A program made the position numbers and the translations under genes. A DNA stretch of 62,545 nt, counting the filler, from Choristocarpus tenellus KU-1152 (taxonomy: Eukaryota > Protista > Phaeophyceae): assembly GCA_964200185.2 (NCBI GenBank). It is 12 parts of 12 records of this genome, joined end to end, with 100 filler letters (N's around TTAATTAATTAA, not from the genome) between each part and the next. Parts side by side here need not be neighbours in the genome. Positions count along the whole stretch, not along the records: positions 26,392 to 40,044 come from CAXNAD020001421.1; positions 40,145 to 43,184 come from CAXNAD020022756.1; positions 43,285 to 48,562 come from CAXNAD020011282.1; positions 48,663 to 55,678 come from CAXNAD020006858.1; 8 more parts are not named here. The stretch is one strand, 5' to 3'. This document shows, piece after piece, positions 38,701 through 51,000 of the stretch; the first letter of the stretch is position 1, and each line of letters starts with the position of its first letter. The notes below the pieces were generated by a model. It had not been told where the DNA came from and searched no databases. It worked only from the letters and a program-made list of their open reading frames with translations.

Positions 38701-39932
38701 GACAACACAAGCATCTCATTTCTACCATTAGTAGAAGTACCTAGGGTTAGGATTTACTTAAATGATTAGGGTTAGGGTTATAGGTTTTGTTTAAAGGGTT
38801 AGGGTGATAGGCTTTGTTTAAGGGATTAGGGTTATGGGGTTTGTTTAAAGGATAAAACACACCCAAAGAAACAAAAGTAAAACCCACCCTTCCCCTCTCC
38901 CCACCATACCCCTAACCCTACCTCTGCCACACCCACCTGCGTTCTGCTGCCCTACCCCCCTTGGTCAGGTACCTTGCTCTCATCACCGGAGCCTCAAATG
39001 GACAATCTGAAGAATAAGCACTAACATCAACTGACCCAGACCTAGACAACTGCCGTGGCCTTGACATCATCAACCACCCCTCATCCCCACCCCCCCCGGC
39101 CCCAGAGCCACTCCTAACCCTAACCCTGCTCTCAGCATCATTGCAGAACCTTACATCCGGTGCTGGAGCTCTTGCCCTTGGGACATCTCCAGGAGGTGGC
39201 AAAAATGTCGGATCTAACTGCTCTGGTTGGAGGAAGTTTGATGGTGGAAGAACTCCAGAATGAGAGTTTGAGGGTGACCAGGTTGATCTCTGTGCTGGTA
39301 CAGGAGGAGCGTATTCTGACTTAGTAATGTCACCATTGCTATGCGCACCTCCATCTTTCTTTTTATTCTCCTCTGATATCGCCTTCGAAGGCGATTCAAT
39401 CTTGGTTACGGGCTGCGCAGCAACTTGAAGGGATGATTCCCCTTTGACATCCAACGCACCCACACTACCAACTAGCCCTGTTTCTGCAGTTGAAAGTTGG
39501 GCCGGGGCAGACTCTGACGATGACAGTACTAACACTGGTAACTCTTTAGACACTTCTGCCTTATCCACACCAGATAAAACACCCTCAGGTCCTACGAGGC
39601 CCTTCTCATCCCCCAGTCTCTCCTGTGCGACGCCTGCCCCATTCCCATCCCTAACCCTAACCCTAACACTGCCTCCTGTGCCTGTATCCTGCTTGTCCAC
39701 TTCACCACAAACGCCTCCCTCACTATTGGTTTTCTTAGTCTCTTCCTCTCTTCCATCTTCCTTGTTAGTGACAGGGGTCTGAGAGAGGAGAGATTCCAGT
39801 TTAGGGTACAGGTCTGTTAGCCAAGGTTCCACAGTAGCTTCCATCCCTGTAGCCTCATCAGCATAGGCAGCCTCCAAAAATGGAATGCCTCCTAGGTCTC
39901 TCATCCTGGTGTTGATGCTCTTGCCCATGTAG
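31726..39932 (-). CDS. MTRR: Methionine synthase reductase-like diflavin (FMN/FAD/NADPH) oxidoreductase, 5'-partial, 7 exons
   Basis: Manually spliced with GT-AG sites and consistent phases: exons 39932-38937, 37881-37761, 36441-36231, 35144-34664, 33675-33543, 33037-32861, 31944-31726 (stop TAA 31728-31726). Motifs: flavodoxin end YMGK..ADEATGMEATVEPW, YEPGDVIGIKCPN, PRYYSVASS, GLCTHWL, IGPGTGVSPFIGFLHHR, LFFGCR, AFSRD..YVQ, YVCGDGNAMA, C-terminal DVWS. The ADxxxGxExxVEPW motif and long hinge favour MTRR over CPR/NDOR1. The N-terminal exons lie beyond the contig end. Confidence 0.88.
32706..32768. repeat. (CA)n(GA)n microsatellite
   Basis: Seen directly. Confidence 0.9.
37597..37756. repeat. 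Compound minisatellite TCAGCAAGTATGA(TCAAA)n, four units, abutting an MTRR donor site
   Basis: Seen directly; (TCAAA) copy number varies between units. Confidence 0.9.
37869..37984. repeat. 35-bp tandem repeat (3.3 units) containing the MTRR exon acceptor
   Basis: CA(T/C)AAGGATCACCCTACAA.AAATACATTTAACAA at 37869, 37904, 37939, partial at 37974. Confidence 0.93.
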
Positions 39933-40359
39933 CTGTCATTAGTGAATAGGAAGGAGGTATTAGGGTTAGGTTAGGGTATTACACAAGACATCGAAAACAA
40001 CCCAACCAAAGAATTTGTGAGCATGGTGCCCCCAGCGTGGGGGGNNNNNNNNNNNNNNNNNNNNNNNNNNNNNNNNNNNNNNNNNNNNTTAATTAATTAA
40101 NNNNNNNNNNNNNNNNNNNNNNNNNNNNNNNNNNNNNNNNNNNNGTATTTATTCCGCATTCAACTACTTTGACATAACCGTTGACTTAGATAGGAGGCAC
40201 AAATAAATAATAAACAAGCAATGAGAAGACACCACACAAAGAAAGGTCACTCTTCTAATTTCAACCATGCAATCACATTCAGCAAAGTGGGTCGTGTGAG
40301 GCTTCACACCTTCTTATCTTCACTATTAACAAATAGCATTACCTCCAAGGTAATTTGCA

Positions 40360-40606
40360 CAGTGAAGTTACATTATCCATCCGACCCATGCAACCAAATC
40401 ACCCAAAAATCGCCACATGGAAAAATGGGCGCCAAGTGGACAGTCGCCCCCCCCCCCCCACCCCCCCCCCCCCCCCCCCCCCCACCCCCCCCCCCGCCCC
40501 CCCACCCCACACACCCACCACAAAACCGCCCACCNNNNNNNNNNAAAGGGACGTGCAAAGGCACGGCCCCCCCCCCCCCCCCCCCCCCCCCCAGATACTT
40601 TGAGCC
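40360..40606 (+). mobile_element. MITE family B right part with poorly resolved poly-C and N gap
   Basis: CATTATCCATCCGACCCATGCAACCAAATCAC ... CCAGATACTTTGAGCC. Confidence 0.8.
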
Positions 40607-40619
40607 ATAGGCGGACATG

Positions 40620-42060
40620 AATATACCCCAGGGTTTCTGTAAGATCTTTGGTTGTGTGGAACCAGGAAGTCATGCCAAGGGTCTGGAAGGATGTGGTCAT
40701 CATTATGATCAACAAGAATAAGGACCGCAATGATTGTGGTAACTACAGGGGTGTCTCATTGGTGACACATGCTGGCAAAAACCTCCTCAAAGTTGTTGCA
40801 GGGCAGTTGGGGGATTTACCTGGAAAGGGTGAACATCGTTCATGAGGAATAGTGTGTGGTTACTGCTCTGATGCTCCACACAAGTGGACATGATGTGCAC
40901 TGTACGTGCCCTCCAAGAGGTTAACCGGGAAAAGCATGTACACCTCTTCATGTGCGTTGTCAACCTACAGAGAGCATATGAATCTGTTGATTGTGATATC
41001 TGTGAGAGTTGTGCTGGCCAAACTTGGCATACCTTCGAAGATAATATCTATCATCCACATTCCATGATGGCATGAGGCATGAGTTTGCATGGATGATGGT
41101 GAGTGCATAGACTTTTTCGAGGTTGAACAGGGCCTTCAGCCGGGTGGGCGTTCTCTTGCTCCTGCTCAGATCCTCTTCAACATCTTTGTTGCAGTGCTAA
41201 GTGTGGCAGTTAAGGAGTTCATCTGTGACCCGACCATCTCCAAAGACCTTGTTGTCATCGAGAGAGCGACAACAAGCAACAGAATAATAAAAAGAGCAGT
41301 ATCAGGGAGTGGGATGGGACTTGAGCGGCTCTTGGGGGTAATTGCATTATGCTGATGCTGCGAGCATTGTCTCCAAGACCCAAGGAGATTGGTCAGGATG
41401 GTGACAGTGCTGTAAAGGCGATCCGATCATTCTGTCTGATTGTGGCAGTTAGGACAGAGTCTATGTGCCTTCGCCATCACATTTAGTCAAGCCAAAAGAG
41501 GGGTAGGCAGGGTTCCATTTTATTAATCCCAAGAAAGGGCAAAAAGACGTAATTTTGAACAACTGCAAAAAGATTGTGTGATGACTTGAGGTGTCACTTT
41601 TTGTGTGCAAAGGGAGAATACCAATTTGCGTGCACTATTGTGGACATAATGCGATGAATATGGTGTGATGAGCAGGGTAAGAAAGATGGCTTAGAATGCA
41701 CAAGATTCCAAACCTGGTTGCCTCTCATTTGTTTTTGCTCATGCAAAATGCCGAAACCATGCAGGTTCAGGCATTGGAACAGACCTACAAGCAAACTGAC
41801 ACATTTTACGTTGAGGGAACCATCAGTGATGATGCCACTATTGCTACTACTGAGATCAGTCGAAAGATTAAGAAAAATTGGGTTTTGTATTCGCAAATAG
41901 AGCCAAGTTTTTTTATAGTAGGACCTCAAGTGTCGCACTTGACCTTACGATTTGAGAGCTCAAAGCCGAAATGCTTTAAGTGTTGACACATAGTTCGTAC
42001 TATGTGTACATTCTGCCAGGCTCATTATCTGCAGCTCTGTTCCCTCCACCACAAATTTCT
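40620..42060 (+). mobile_element. Non-LTR retrotransposon (RTE-like LINE) reverse transcriptase relic
   Basis: WKDVVIIMINKNKDRNDCGNYRGVSL, LFMCVVNLQRAYESVD, FEVEQGLQPG..LAP..LFNIF, LYADAA (YADD-like) near 41347; frameshifted. Confidence 0.85.
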
Positions 42061-43930
42061 CCTACTTCAAAGTCATGCTGTAGACATAGGTGTCAATAGA
42101 AAGTAGGAAGCATTGTTCGCCAATCAGTTCATATCAACCTCTGTATGGAAGGTCTCTCTGCTTTGACCCGAGATAGGGTTATGATTGACGGATTTGTTGC
42201 ATTGGCATGTCCAACAGGGTCTACTCTCCATGAGGAACCTGATGGTGACTACATCTCACTCTGATTCGTCTTGTAGAGGGATATCATTTCAGCTTTTGTA
42301 CATGTCACAGTTTGATATTTCACATGCAAATTTGCACATGGTCACTGTTGCTCTGAAGCATGTTAATATTGCGGGTTCTAACAACTCCGATCCATCTTTT
42401 TTGCATCCCAATTATGGATCAGAGGTCGATGGTGGATAGTATCTCTGCTTTGGTTTTGAGGGATTGAATGCCCCCATCTGCAACCTTTTGGGGTTTTTTT
42501 CTCTGATCCAAAGTCTACGAGACAAGCACTACAGATTGTAAGTCTATCTGTTCTACCCTATCTGTTTCACTACCACAAAACGCGGGAAACTGGAACACGA
42601 TGTGGCAAGGGGGTAGGAGCTACCACCAGTAGGATGGATACACAAACATCCGAGAAGCAGAACATGAACAGAGGTATTGCAATTAGTCATATAAATAGCG
42701 CATAATATTTAGATACAGAAGAAGGTAGTATCAAAAGTGACGTAGTGGTTGTCTTGTGCAGTGACTCTTTTTGTGTGTGGTATACTACCCATGTTAATCT
42801 TGAAAGTGACGGGAAATAAAAGATAAGAAATTATCACAATCAAATTTATTTTCATATCTTTTGTACTTTGGTCACCATCCCAATGCTCATTCCTACCCAG
42901 CCCAGAAGATATCACTGACTCCTATTGCATCATATTAGTTGGTTATGATCCTGGCCCCCATGGTCGGAGGCACTACATTCACACTACTTCTCATGGTTAA
43001 TACTGACGAAATGTTGCTCTATGACTCATGTACTGTCTCCGTCCTGCCTTGCTTCATGCGTGTTTGGTTCAGCACTCCCACTGCTCGTTACTCTGTCTCC
43101 TCCCTCGAATCTCCTACTGCCCCCCCCCCCCCCCAGTTTTCCTCCTTTCCCTCTTTCCCCCTTTTTTTTCCCACTGGGGGGGGGNNNNNNNNNNNNNNNN
43201 NNNNNNNNNNNNNNNNNNNNNNNNNNNNTTAATTAATTAANNNNNNNNNNNNNNNNNNNNNNNNNNNNNNNNNNNNNNNNNNNNATACCAAGCTGTTCTT
43301 TGTCCTTCATTAAAGCACCATAAAAGCCGCGGGTCCAGTGTGGGATAGTTCAACAACATATACTCTGCTTCGATGATTACTCGCACATGTAAATGTATAC
43401 TACGTAAGTGTATACTACCCGAGGAAAGATTAATTTCAGATACTTTGAAGTATATTAGTTCAAGTCCTCTACTCTTAAATGGTCTTTAAAGTGCAGAAGA
43501 TATTTTTTTCTGCGATGTAATCTCAGTAACCTATTAGAGAGAGGTTCGAGGCGAGATGGCAAATGGTGAACACCAAGAGGAATCAAGCAATCAAAACGGT
43601 TTGTTTTATACTTGTGGAGTCCACAGGGTAAATGTGCACAGTGATATAGTTTTGGTTACCGTACATGTTCTATTTGTATACGATACAAAATGTAAACACA
43701 CCCTCTTGATGCCTAATGGGTTTAGGATGTCCTAGACAGTACTGGTCCCAGTAGCGTTTCATACTGTGAGTGTCCCAATTCATATTTGTTCTGTTACACA
43801 ACGAGACATACCAATGAGCTATGTGTGCATTTTGGGCTTGGCAATAATGTTTGCACAGATACGTTGTGCTGCTTGGGGTCATGAAGTCCTGCCAGTGTGT
43901 GTACGAGACACTCCAGCATAACCCGGGAGT

Positions 43931-44113
43931 GGCCCAAAGTATCTGGGGGAGGGGGGGTGGGGGACTACACCAGGGTGTCCATTTGGGCCTCTCACCAGAA
44001 GAATTGCACTTACATTATCCAACCGACACATGCAACCAAATCAACCAAAATCGCGACGTGGAAAAATGGACCCTGAATGGACAGCCAACACCCCTCCCAG
44101 GATACTTTGAGCC
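43931..44113 (+). mobile_element. MITE family B, full copy, TSD AGT/AGC
   Basis: GGCCCAAAGTATCTGGGG ... GATACTTTGAGCC. Confidence 0.9.
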
Positions 44114-44591
44114 AGCATACGTAACTGCACTCACCCTCTGGTGGGGAAGTTTCACTGACTTATAACGGTAATGTACTACTAGTGGGGTAGCAGTGTGCTT
44201 CTCACCAATCCTTCTTCATGTCCAGAGTCAGGGGAGGCAACCAAATTTCTTTTGTCCTCTCATGGCATTGTGCACGGTACCTTCAACAGCATTTTGCTAT
44301 CATGTGTTGTTAGCAACTTCGAAGAAATTTGAAAGCGTCAACTTAGTCATAAATCTCTACGATTGTGTCCCCTTACACTATGGATGTCATGCTCTCTTCC
44401 TTGGTCCACCCACTCATCCCTTGTAGACACCTGCTTCCTGTGTCGTCCTTCTTCCTTGGATGCCCTTTGAAGTACATTGATGACCTTTCCAAACTCTTTT
44501 TAAAACACATCATCATCATAACGGGAAAGTTTATTGTTGTCACTATTTTCCATGTTGCTATGATAATCAACTTTATTATAGCAATGGTGAT

Positions 44592-44769
44592 GGCTCAAAG
44601 TATCTGGGAGGGAGTGGCTGTGTAGTCAGAGCCCATTTTCTATGTCGCGATTTTAGTCGATTTGGTTGCATATGTCGGATGGATAGTGTAAGTGCAATTC
44701 TCCTGGTCAGGGTCCGAATGGACACCCTGATGTAGACCTCCCCCCCCGTCCCCCCAGATACTTTGAGCC
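44592..44769 (-). mobile_element. MITE family B, full copy (reverse orientation)
   Basis: GGCTCAAAGTATCTGGG ... CCCAGATACTTTGAGCC, perfect 17-bp TIR; TSD not preserved. Confidence 0.92.
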
Positions 44770-45610
44770 AACTAATTGAGCAGCATTTCCCAAGCAATGT
44801 TGTTGTTTACATTCCTCGGCAGCCTGTAAATTTCTGGAGGACCAGAATTCTCTTGCGCCCCTTTTGTTTTGATAGACCATGATATCCTTTGCAAGTTAGT
44901 CGCCACCAACAAGATCGAAGGCATACTACGTACTGATTGAATAATATACTATTCAGCGCAGGTGCTGCGAAACCAACCGAACCATACACTTGAGGACAGC
45001 ATTGATTTTATTGTTCTCCTAAATATCATGCACTCGATTTTTTTGTGATATATGATGAGTAGTGTTTGGATTGATGGACAGGATAAGGCAACGAGTCCTT
45101 CTTTTATTCTGATGATGCTGGTGACCTTTTGTCTGAATACTTCACTTGGTCGCTACCTAGTAGTGCCTTGGGTTTTCGCATGGGTCACCCTTTTAACGAC
45201 ATTGAGTTTTCTCTTTCCCTTCTTGTCGTGTTTGTTTCGGTATCATTCTATATTTCAAGTGTTGTGTTATTTCTTCTCCTCCAAAATCTCTTTAGAACCC
45301 GGTTTTGGGACTCCTCAGACAAATGTGATCAATCCTATCTATATTTCTGACTTTGTAGACCATTTGTGAACAGGGAGTTGCACATTGCAACCTGATGATG
45401 AGATCATAACCTTTTCTCTCTGTTCTATAGTCGTATAATGTGCCACCTGAACAATTTCTATCTGTAAAGTTTGAACTTAGTTAACATCCAATATTGGTCT
45501 GTTGCTTTGAGCTTACCAGGTATCTGTGCATTCCTTCCTCTCATTGCTGCCTTCACAAGGATTTGCTTGACCCTCTCCAACGACAATTTCTCGACTGGGA
45601 GACTTCCGTA

Positions 45611-47205
45611 CTTCCTCCGTTTGAAATTAAATGTAATATAAATTTTGTAGGCCAAATGAAGCAAGATTTTTTCAACATCATAATACTTTATGGGTATATT
45701 GTGCAGAGAGTAAAATGTTGTCCATCAAAACATCAAGCAAAATACGGCAACCTACACCTATCTATACTTCTGGTCCCAATGCCCTGCAAAACTCCTTTCC
45801 AGCATGGTAATTCGCTGTATCCACCAGGGCATTTCGGGGGGAACTTGTTCGCCTTCTCAGCCTTTCCCTACTAAAATGAGGAATTTTGAAGACTTTGTCA
45901 CCCTGAGACCCCAGCATTTCACCGTAGACTGTAAAGAGGCTCTGACAGACACGCTCTACTTTATCCCAAGGGTACACATTGAACTTCTCCGTTGTTTCCT
46001 CCACCACCTTCCTCTGCGTTGGTTACCCCCACTTCTCCCTTCAGTTATTTGGTGGAATGAAAGAATCCCAGGTTATTGACGTTGAGATCATGTGAGTTGG
46101 CTGGCTGGGTATCTATGACAAAGTTGTCCCCTGCTGCCTCCTCGATTGCCTCCATAATCCCCTACTTGGTGTGTGACTTTGCACCGTCCTGCTGCATGGG
46201 CACGGTGTGCCCTTTGGGCTTAGGCATGCGGGCCTTGATTGCCGGGATGACATCCTCGATCGTGAGCTTTCTATACCTTTCCCCATCGACTGTGGCTGCC
46301 ACAAGCACCTTGGTGCCCTTGGGGCGGCTTTTGCTGGAGTGCTGAGCGACCTTAGTGTCCACGATTGACCAGATCCTGATTTTCCCGTTGAACCACACCC
46401 TGTTAGAGAGCTTCCAAGGGTGGGGCACTGGCTCAAAGTATCTGGAGGGGGGTTGTCAGCTGTCTATTTGGGGTCAATTTTTTCATGTCGCTATTTTCGT
46501 GTGATTTGGTTGCATAAGTCGGATGGAAAATGTAAATGCACTTTTCCTGATTTTGTCCAAATGGACACCCTGGTGTAGACCCCCCTCCCCCCACAGATTC
46601 TTTGGATCCACTGCTGCAAGGAACATTACCTTCGTGATGCAACGCCTATTCTGTGCCTGTGGGAGGTTAGGGGGATCCTCAGTGGGGTGGAGGTATATGC
46701 CTTGCCCATCCTTGAGTATGTAAAACCACTTCTTGTCCACAAACACCCAGTCATATAGATCGTTCACTATTACCCCACTTCCCCCCTTCTGTGTGTATGG
46801 TTGAAAACGAAACTCACCTCGTTGATGCTTATTGTACCTGCACAGTCCCCACAATGAGCAAGGGAGACAGCTTTGGTTGCCTATTCGCGGAAGGATGTGT
46901 GGTGTACCCAGGGACTATCCAAACGTTAAGGATACGTTTACAGTAGACACATCACCCCTTGTGGCATCGTACAAAGTCCGTTCATTCACCCTGTGCAATC
47001 TGGCTCACATCCTCCTCCAGATGACGGAGCATGGTGAATCGGGAAATTCTGAAGTCCTCTGCATAGGCCACTGCTGCCCCCCAATCCATCTGAGTCTCGC
47101 GCCCTGTCGCCTCCAGGCATTGATTGCACCATCACATTGTTCTTTATCGGGGGGTTTGAGTTTGGACCCCAGAGACAGACTTTTGGTCTGAAGAATTGGG
47201 ACCAA
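45611..47205 (-). mobile_element. Tc1/mariner transposase relic with TA target and Stowaway-like TIR, interrupted by a MITE
   Basis: TA|CTTCCTCCGTTTGAAATTAA at 45609-45630; motifs DWVFVDKKWFY, ITKVMFLAAV, WFNGKIRIW, MQQDGAKSH, QPANSHDLNVNNLGFF; stops and frameshifts present. Confidence 0.88.
46430..46609 (-). mobile_element. MITE family B inserted in mariner transposase, 3-bp TSD ACT
   Basis: ACT|GGCTCAAAGTATCTG ... CAGATTCTTTGGATCC|ACT; excision restores FLAAVPHPWKLSNRVWFNGK in frame. Confidence 0.92.
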
Positions 47206-47993
47206 CAGGCGACAATGGGATGAGCGAGCGGTTAGAATGACGGGGGATCTCCGTCCTAGGAATTACAATATACACCTGCTTTGATAGTTTCATGAGGTCT
47301 TTGAACCCCGTAAAGTACGACTCGGTCGACTTGCACTGGTAATCATGACAGTCCACCATCTTAACTTGTGCATGCCTCCCAATCTATATGAGAATTAAGC
47401 CTCATCCAGATGGTGCATCATGTGGGAAAAGTGATGTTGACTTTTTTTATAGTAATAGTGCCGTTTGATACGTTGTTGGGACAGATATTGTGCATGATAT
47501 GCAAAGGTTTAGAGGTTGGTTTATACATAATGTAAAATAGTATGGTGTCTGGAATTAGTGAGGACCTACCCCGAGTTTCCACCTTGATCTTGGTCTAGTG
47601 TTTTTGTGGCGTAACATAGACAGTATAGTACAGATGCATAATCCGTTATGCTTACTACATCGAACAGTATAATCAAAACCAGATATTCTTGAAGAGAAGT
47701 CAGGTGCCGAAGGGGTTCGAACTCGCTAAAATCATATATTTATGTAGATTCCCACCAACACATCCAAATATACACACTTCCCTCCAAAACATCTTGGGGT
47801 TGCTGTAGCGCCCATAGCGGCAACTGCGGTGGTCTGGATCGCTCCATCTCAAAATTAACCGTTATTTTCCTCCCTATATACATCTGAAAAAATAGTTAAT
47901 ATCGAGTGGATGGCTACCCATACCTCCTCCTGACAGTGGCCTGGCTTGGGGCACGGGATTCGCTCGCAAAGGCAACGGGCATCCATCAGCACC

Positions 47994-48007
47994 ATGGTGA
48001 AGTACAG
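47994..48007 (+). CDS. Candidate first coding exon MVKY(S/R), possibly 60S ribosomal protein L17/uL22
   Basis: GCACC-ATG-G context, ATGGTGAAGTACAG followed by a GTGAGG donor, in a GC-rich 5'-like region. MVKYS is a common uL22 N-terminus, but only 4-5 codons are available. Confidence 0.3.
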
Positions 48008-51000
48008 GTGAGGGATGATGCGCCGGAAAAAAATTAATTTGCACCTGTGATTCCAGCTCGGGGCTCTTAAAGTTTACTTAGGGGCCACGAGACACATTTG
48101 GTTGACACCAGCCACTTTGTGGCCCACCTAGGTCGCCCTCAATTGCTTGTGTTTATCGCCGAAGATATTGCTGTGGGTGGGATTTCGATCGAAAGATGGA
48201 GATAATAGAGTTGTAAAGGAGGTTTTCTCGTCAAGTCGGGGTTTCTGGCCCTTACAGTAGTTGCTGTGCTGGTGACGCGAAATGCTACCTTCCTTGAGGC
48301 AGTGCCTGAGCTGATCCTGTTGCTTTCATTGCTTCTTTGTGTTTGGACCCCTCTTGCACTTTTTTGTCTTCGTTCCTCATTGCTGGCTTGGGCGCTGTGG
48401 TGCAGCAAGGAGATTGAAAGCACAAAATGTAAGCACACCGTCCACCTATTGTCTCACGTTTAGGTGGAGTTGTGCTCGGTGTTTGGCTAGCGGGTGGGGG
48501 GGGGTTCGGGGGGGCCCCATTCCCGCGATCTATCATCACAGCATCTGCAGTTATCATGGCTANNNNNNNNNNNNNNNNNNNNNNNNNNNNNNNNNNNNNN
48601 NNNNNNTTAATTAATTAANNNNNNNNNNNNNNNNNNNNNNNNNNNNNNNNNNNNNNNNNNNNTGTATTTTGGTGGTACTGAACAATAATTTTTTGTTGGG
48701 GGGGGGGGGGGAGAGTACAATGGTATATGTAGACCTGCTTGCAAAGCACACAGATAAAAAGAAGCAGACTTTTTGCTACGGTCTGGTTCTTCTCATAACC
48801 CTGCCAGTGTTCCCTTCAGCACTTGCAAGTGCAGGTTGGCATCCCTGCTCCAGGCACAAGCGGGTCATACTATAGTGTATACCAATGCCCAGGAGAACTG
48901 CAACTTGAAGTCGTAAGATATTGGTGCCATTTACCTCATTTAAACACTATTCATGCAACCATAACGTGTACACGACAGATGTATACTTCCCTCAGTCATT
49001 GACTGACCAACTCAACATCCATGCGCTGAAAATGGATCCCCGAACAGGTTTTGCAATAACGTTTCCCTTACCTGGAGGCATTCCAAGCAAGCAATGCGAA
49101 GTGCCTCAACCCCTGCAGTCAGACCACTGCCTCCCCCCTCACTCCACCCCCCTGCTGCGAGATGGATCCCTGCGGGGCCTCCCTCATCTTCCCCTGCATT
49201 GGGGGTCGAAGGCATGTTTGAGGATGGTAATATCCCAGCACATTCACTGAGGGTGAAAACCACTCCTACCATGATGTTGATGATCTCCTTCCTGCCACAG
49301 TCCTAGAAACAAGGACGAATTACAGGAATGCGCATCATGGAACATTTGAGAGCTAGGTGAAAGACTTAGCAGATGAGTTCAGCATGGGGGTACAAATGTT
49401 TCTTAACCTACAATGATATTCACCATCAGATATCTTGAAGGTAGTGAGAATTCTAACACCAAACATTGAGAGATGGGTTAAGGTTAGGGTTAGGGATGGC
49501 GTCTGTGGTCATTGCAAGGGAACAAGCTATGTCAGACTGTCAACACTGAGTGTTTTGGATAGAAAAGTATGAAATACCAACAGGCCTTCAGTAATCGACA
49601 GTGAGATCCTACTTGGTGCCTAGGGTTGACGCAGGATATGAAGGGGGGATGGTGTGGGGTACACAGAAGGACCAAAGGGGGTACTCCCGAATGGGAGATG
49701 ACCTTCCACATGCTCCTATGTTAAGATACATTTGAAGGGAAAGAAGCTATCCTACCTTCTTCCCATGGTATCGGTATGCTGTATTCATTTTCCAATTTGA
49801 TGTTTAATTAAAGCTCGAGATACCAAAACATGCCGATGTAGAGGAGAGCTGACACTGCAAGTCAAATCATCTAGTCATTAGGCGACAACAAGTTCACCAT
49901 AATGGGAATGCTGCATAGTAAGTGCAACTGAGATCTTTATTCTGTGCTGTGTAGTTATCTGCAAACACACACTTCCCGTGAAAAAAAATGCAAAAGAGCC
50001 ATCATATGAATATGCGACTCACTCTGTCCTTCTCCAGCACCATACCCAAGGCATATATGTCAAGATCATGCATCATTCACCAAATTCCCACCTCACCTCT
50101 ACAAAACGGTCCCCGGACCAGCTCACTGCAGCAGTGACACAGAGGAGGGCTTTCTCCCTGGCTGATCGCGTCATCCCAACCCCTCCGCCCCCCATCGGTT
50201 GGGGTGCTAGGACAATCTTAAGAGGTAGCATTACATATGGAATAAGGGGCACGGCATTTCTACCCCCACCATCCTTCCAATCGCCACCAGAGCTTCTTCC
50301 CCGAAGCAAAGCGGTCAGATGATCATGGAGGAGATCGAGGTTCCTCTCGAGCCGCAATGAAGCAGGGGCACCTTGTGTCTGCAAATATTGGTGTAGACGG
50401 GCCGTCGTTGGATCGCTTGGATATTGAGTTGGTTGAATACTACTGCAGCTCAACTATATCACCTGGACTGTTGCTGGAGATTCAATTTCGAGGAGAGGGG
50501 CTGGAATAGGTTTCGGTTCGTGCTTTGTGACTGGGCTAGGGACTGTACTCTTGTGGTTGCCAAAAAGATGGCGAAGTCCTCTGGTGCAACATGGTTCCAC
50601 TTGCCTTGTCCCCAGATGCAGCGAAGATCTCCTCTAGGTTCGACAGCAATCCAGTCAGAAGCAACTGATCTAGTTCTAAAGCCGCTCCAGTCATTGCTTC
50701 ACCGTCCTCCATGCTGTCTTGTTCAACTTGATCGTGTGTTGTAGATTGCACCGATTATATCTCAACCATTTGCAGACTTCGGCGACTTTAACTATATGGG
50801 TTGGTCTGCTGCGAAGTGCAATGAACAGACAATGATCGGTGTAATACTTGATGGGGTGGGTTGTTGGCTTCCTTTGTTGAATTATCTCGACATCCTGTTT
50901 TTTAAAAACTCTTTCACATCCATTTTGTGTTAGAAGTCAAAATATTGCGCTTACACCTTGACGAGGCGATGTTACAATGGATGAAATGAAGAAATTATAC

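Larger units (their letters stand above)
31690..39980. repeat. Dense interstitial telomere-type repeats (CCCTAA/TTAGGG)2-5, both orientations
   Basis: About 30 short clusters by eye, e.g. 32159-32180, 34433-34464, 35896-35919, 37080-37110, 38096-38123; rare on the other contigs. Confidence 0.9.

Noticed and set aside
31690-39980. True chromosome end
   Set aside because: Tracts are only 2-5 units long, in both orientations and interleaved with exons; there is no long terminal array.
47701-47730. tRNA gene (GGTTCGAA T-loop/B-box motif)
   Set aside because: No acceptor, D or anticodon arms can be folded around it; at most a SINE remnant.
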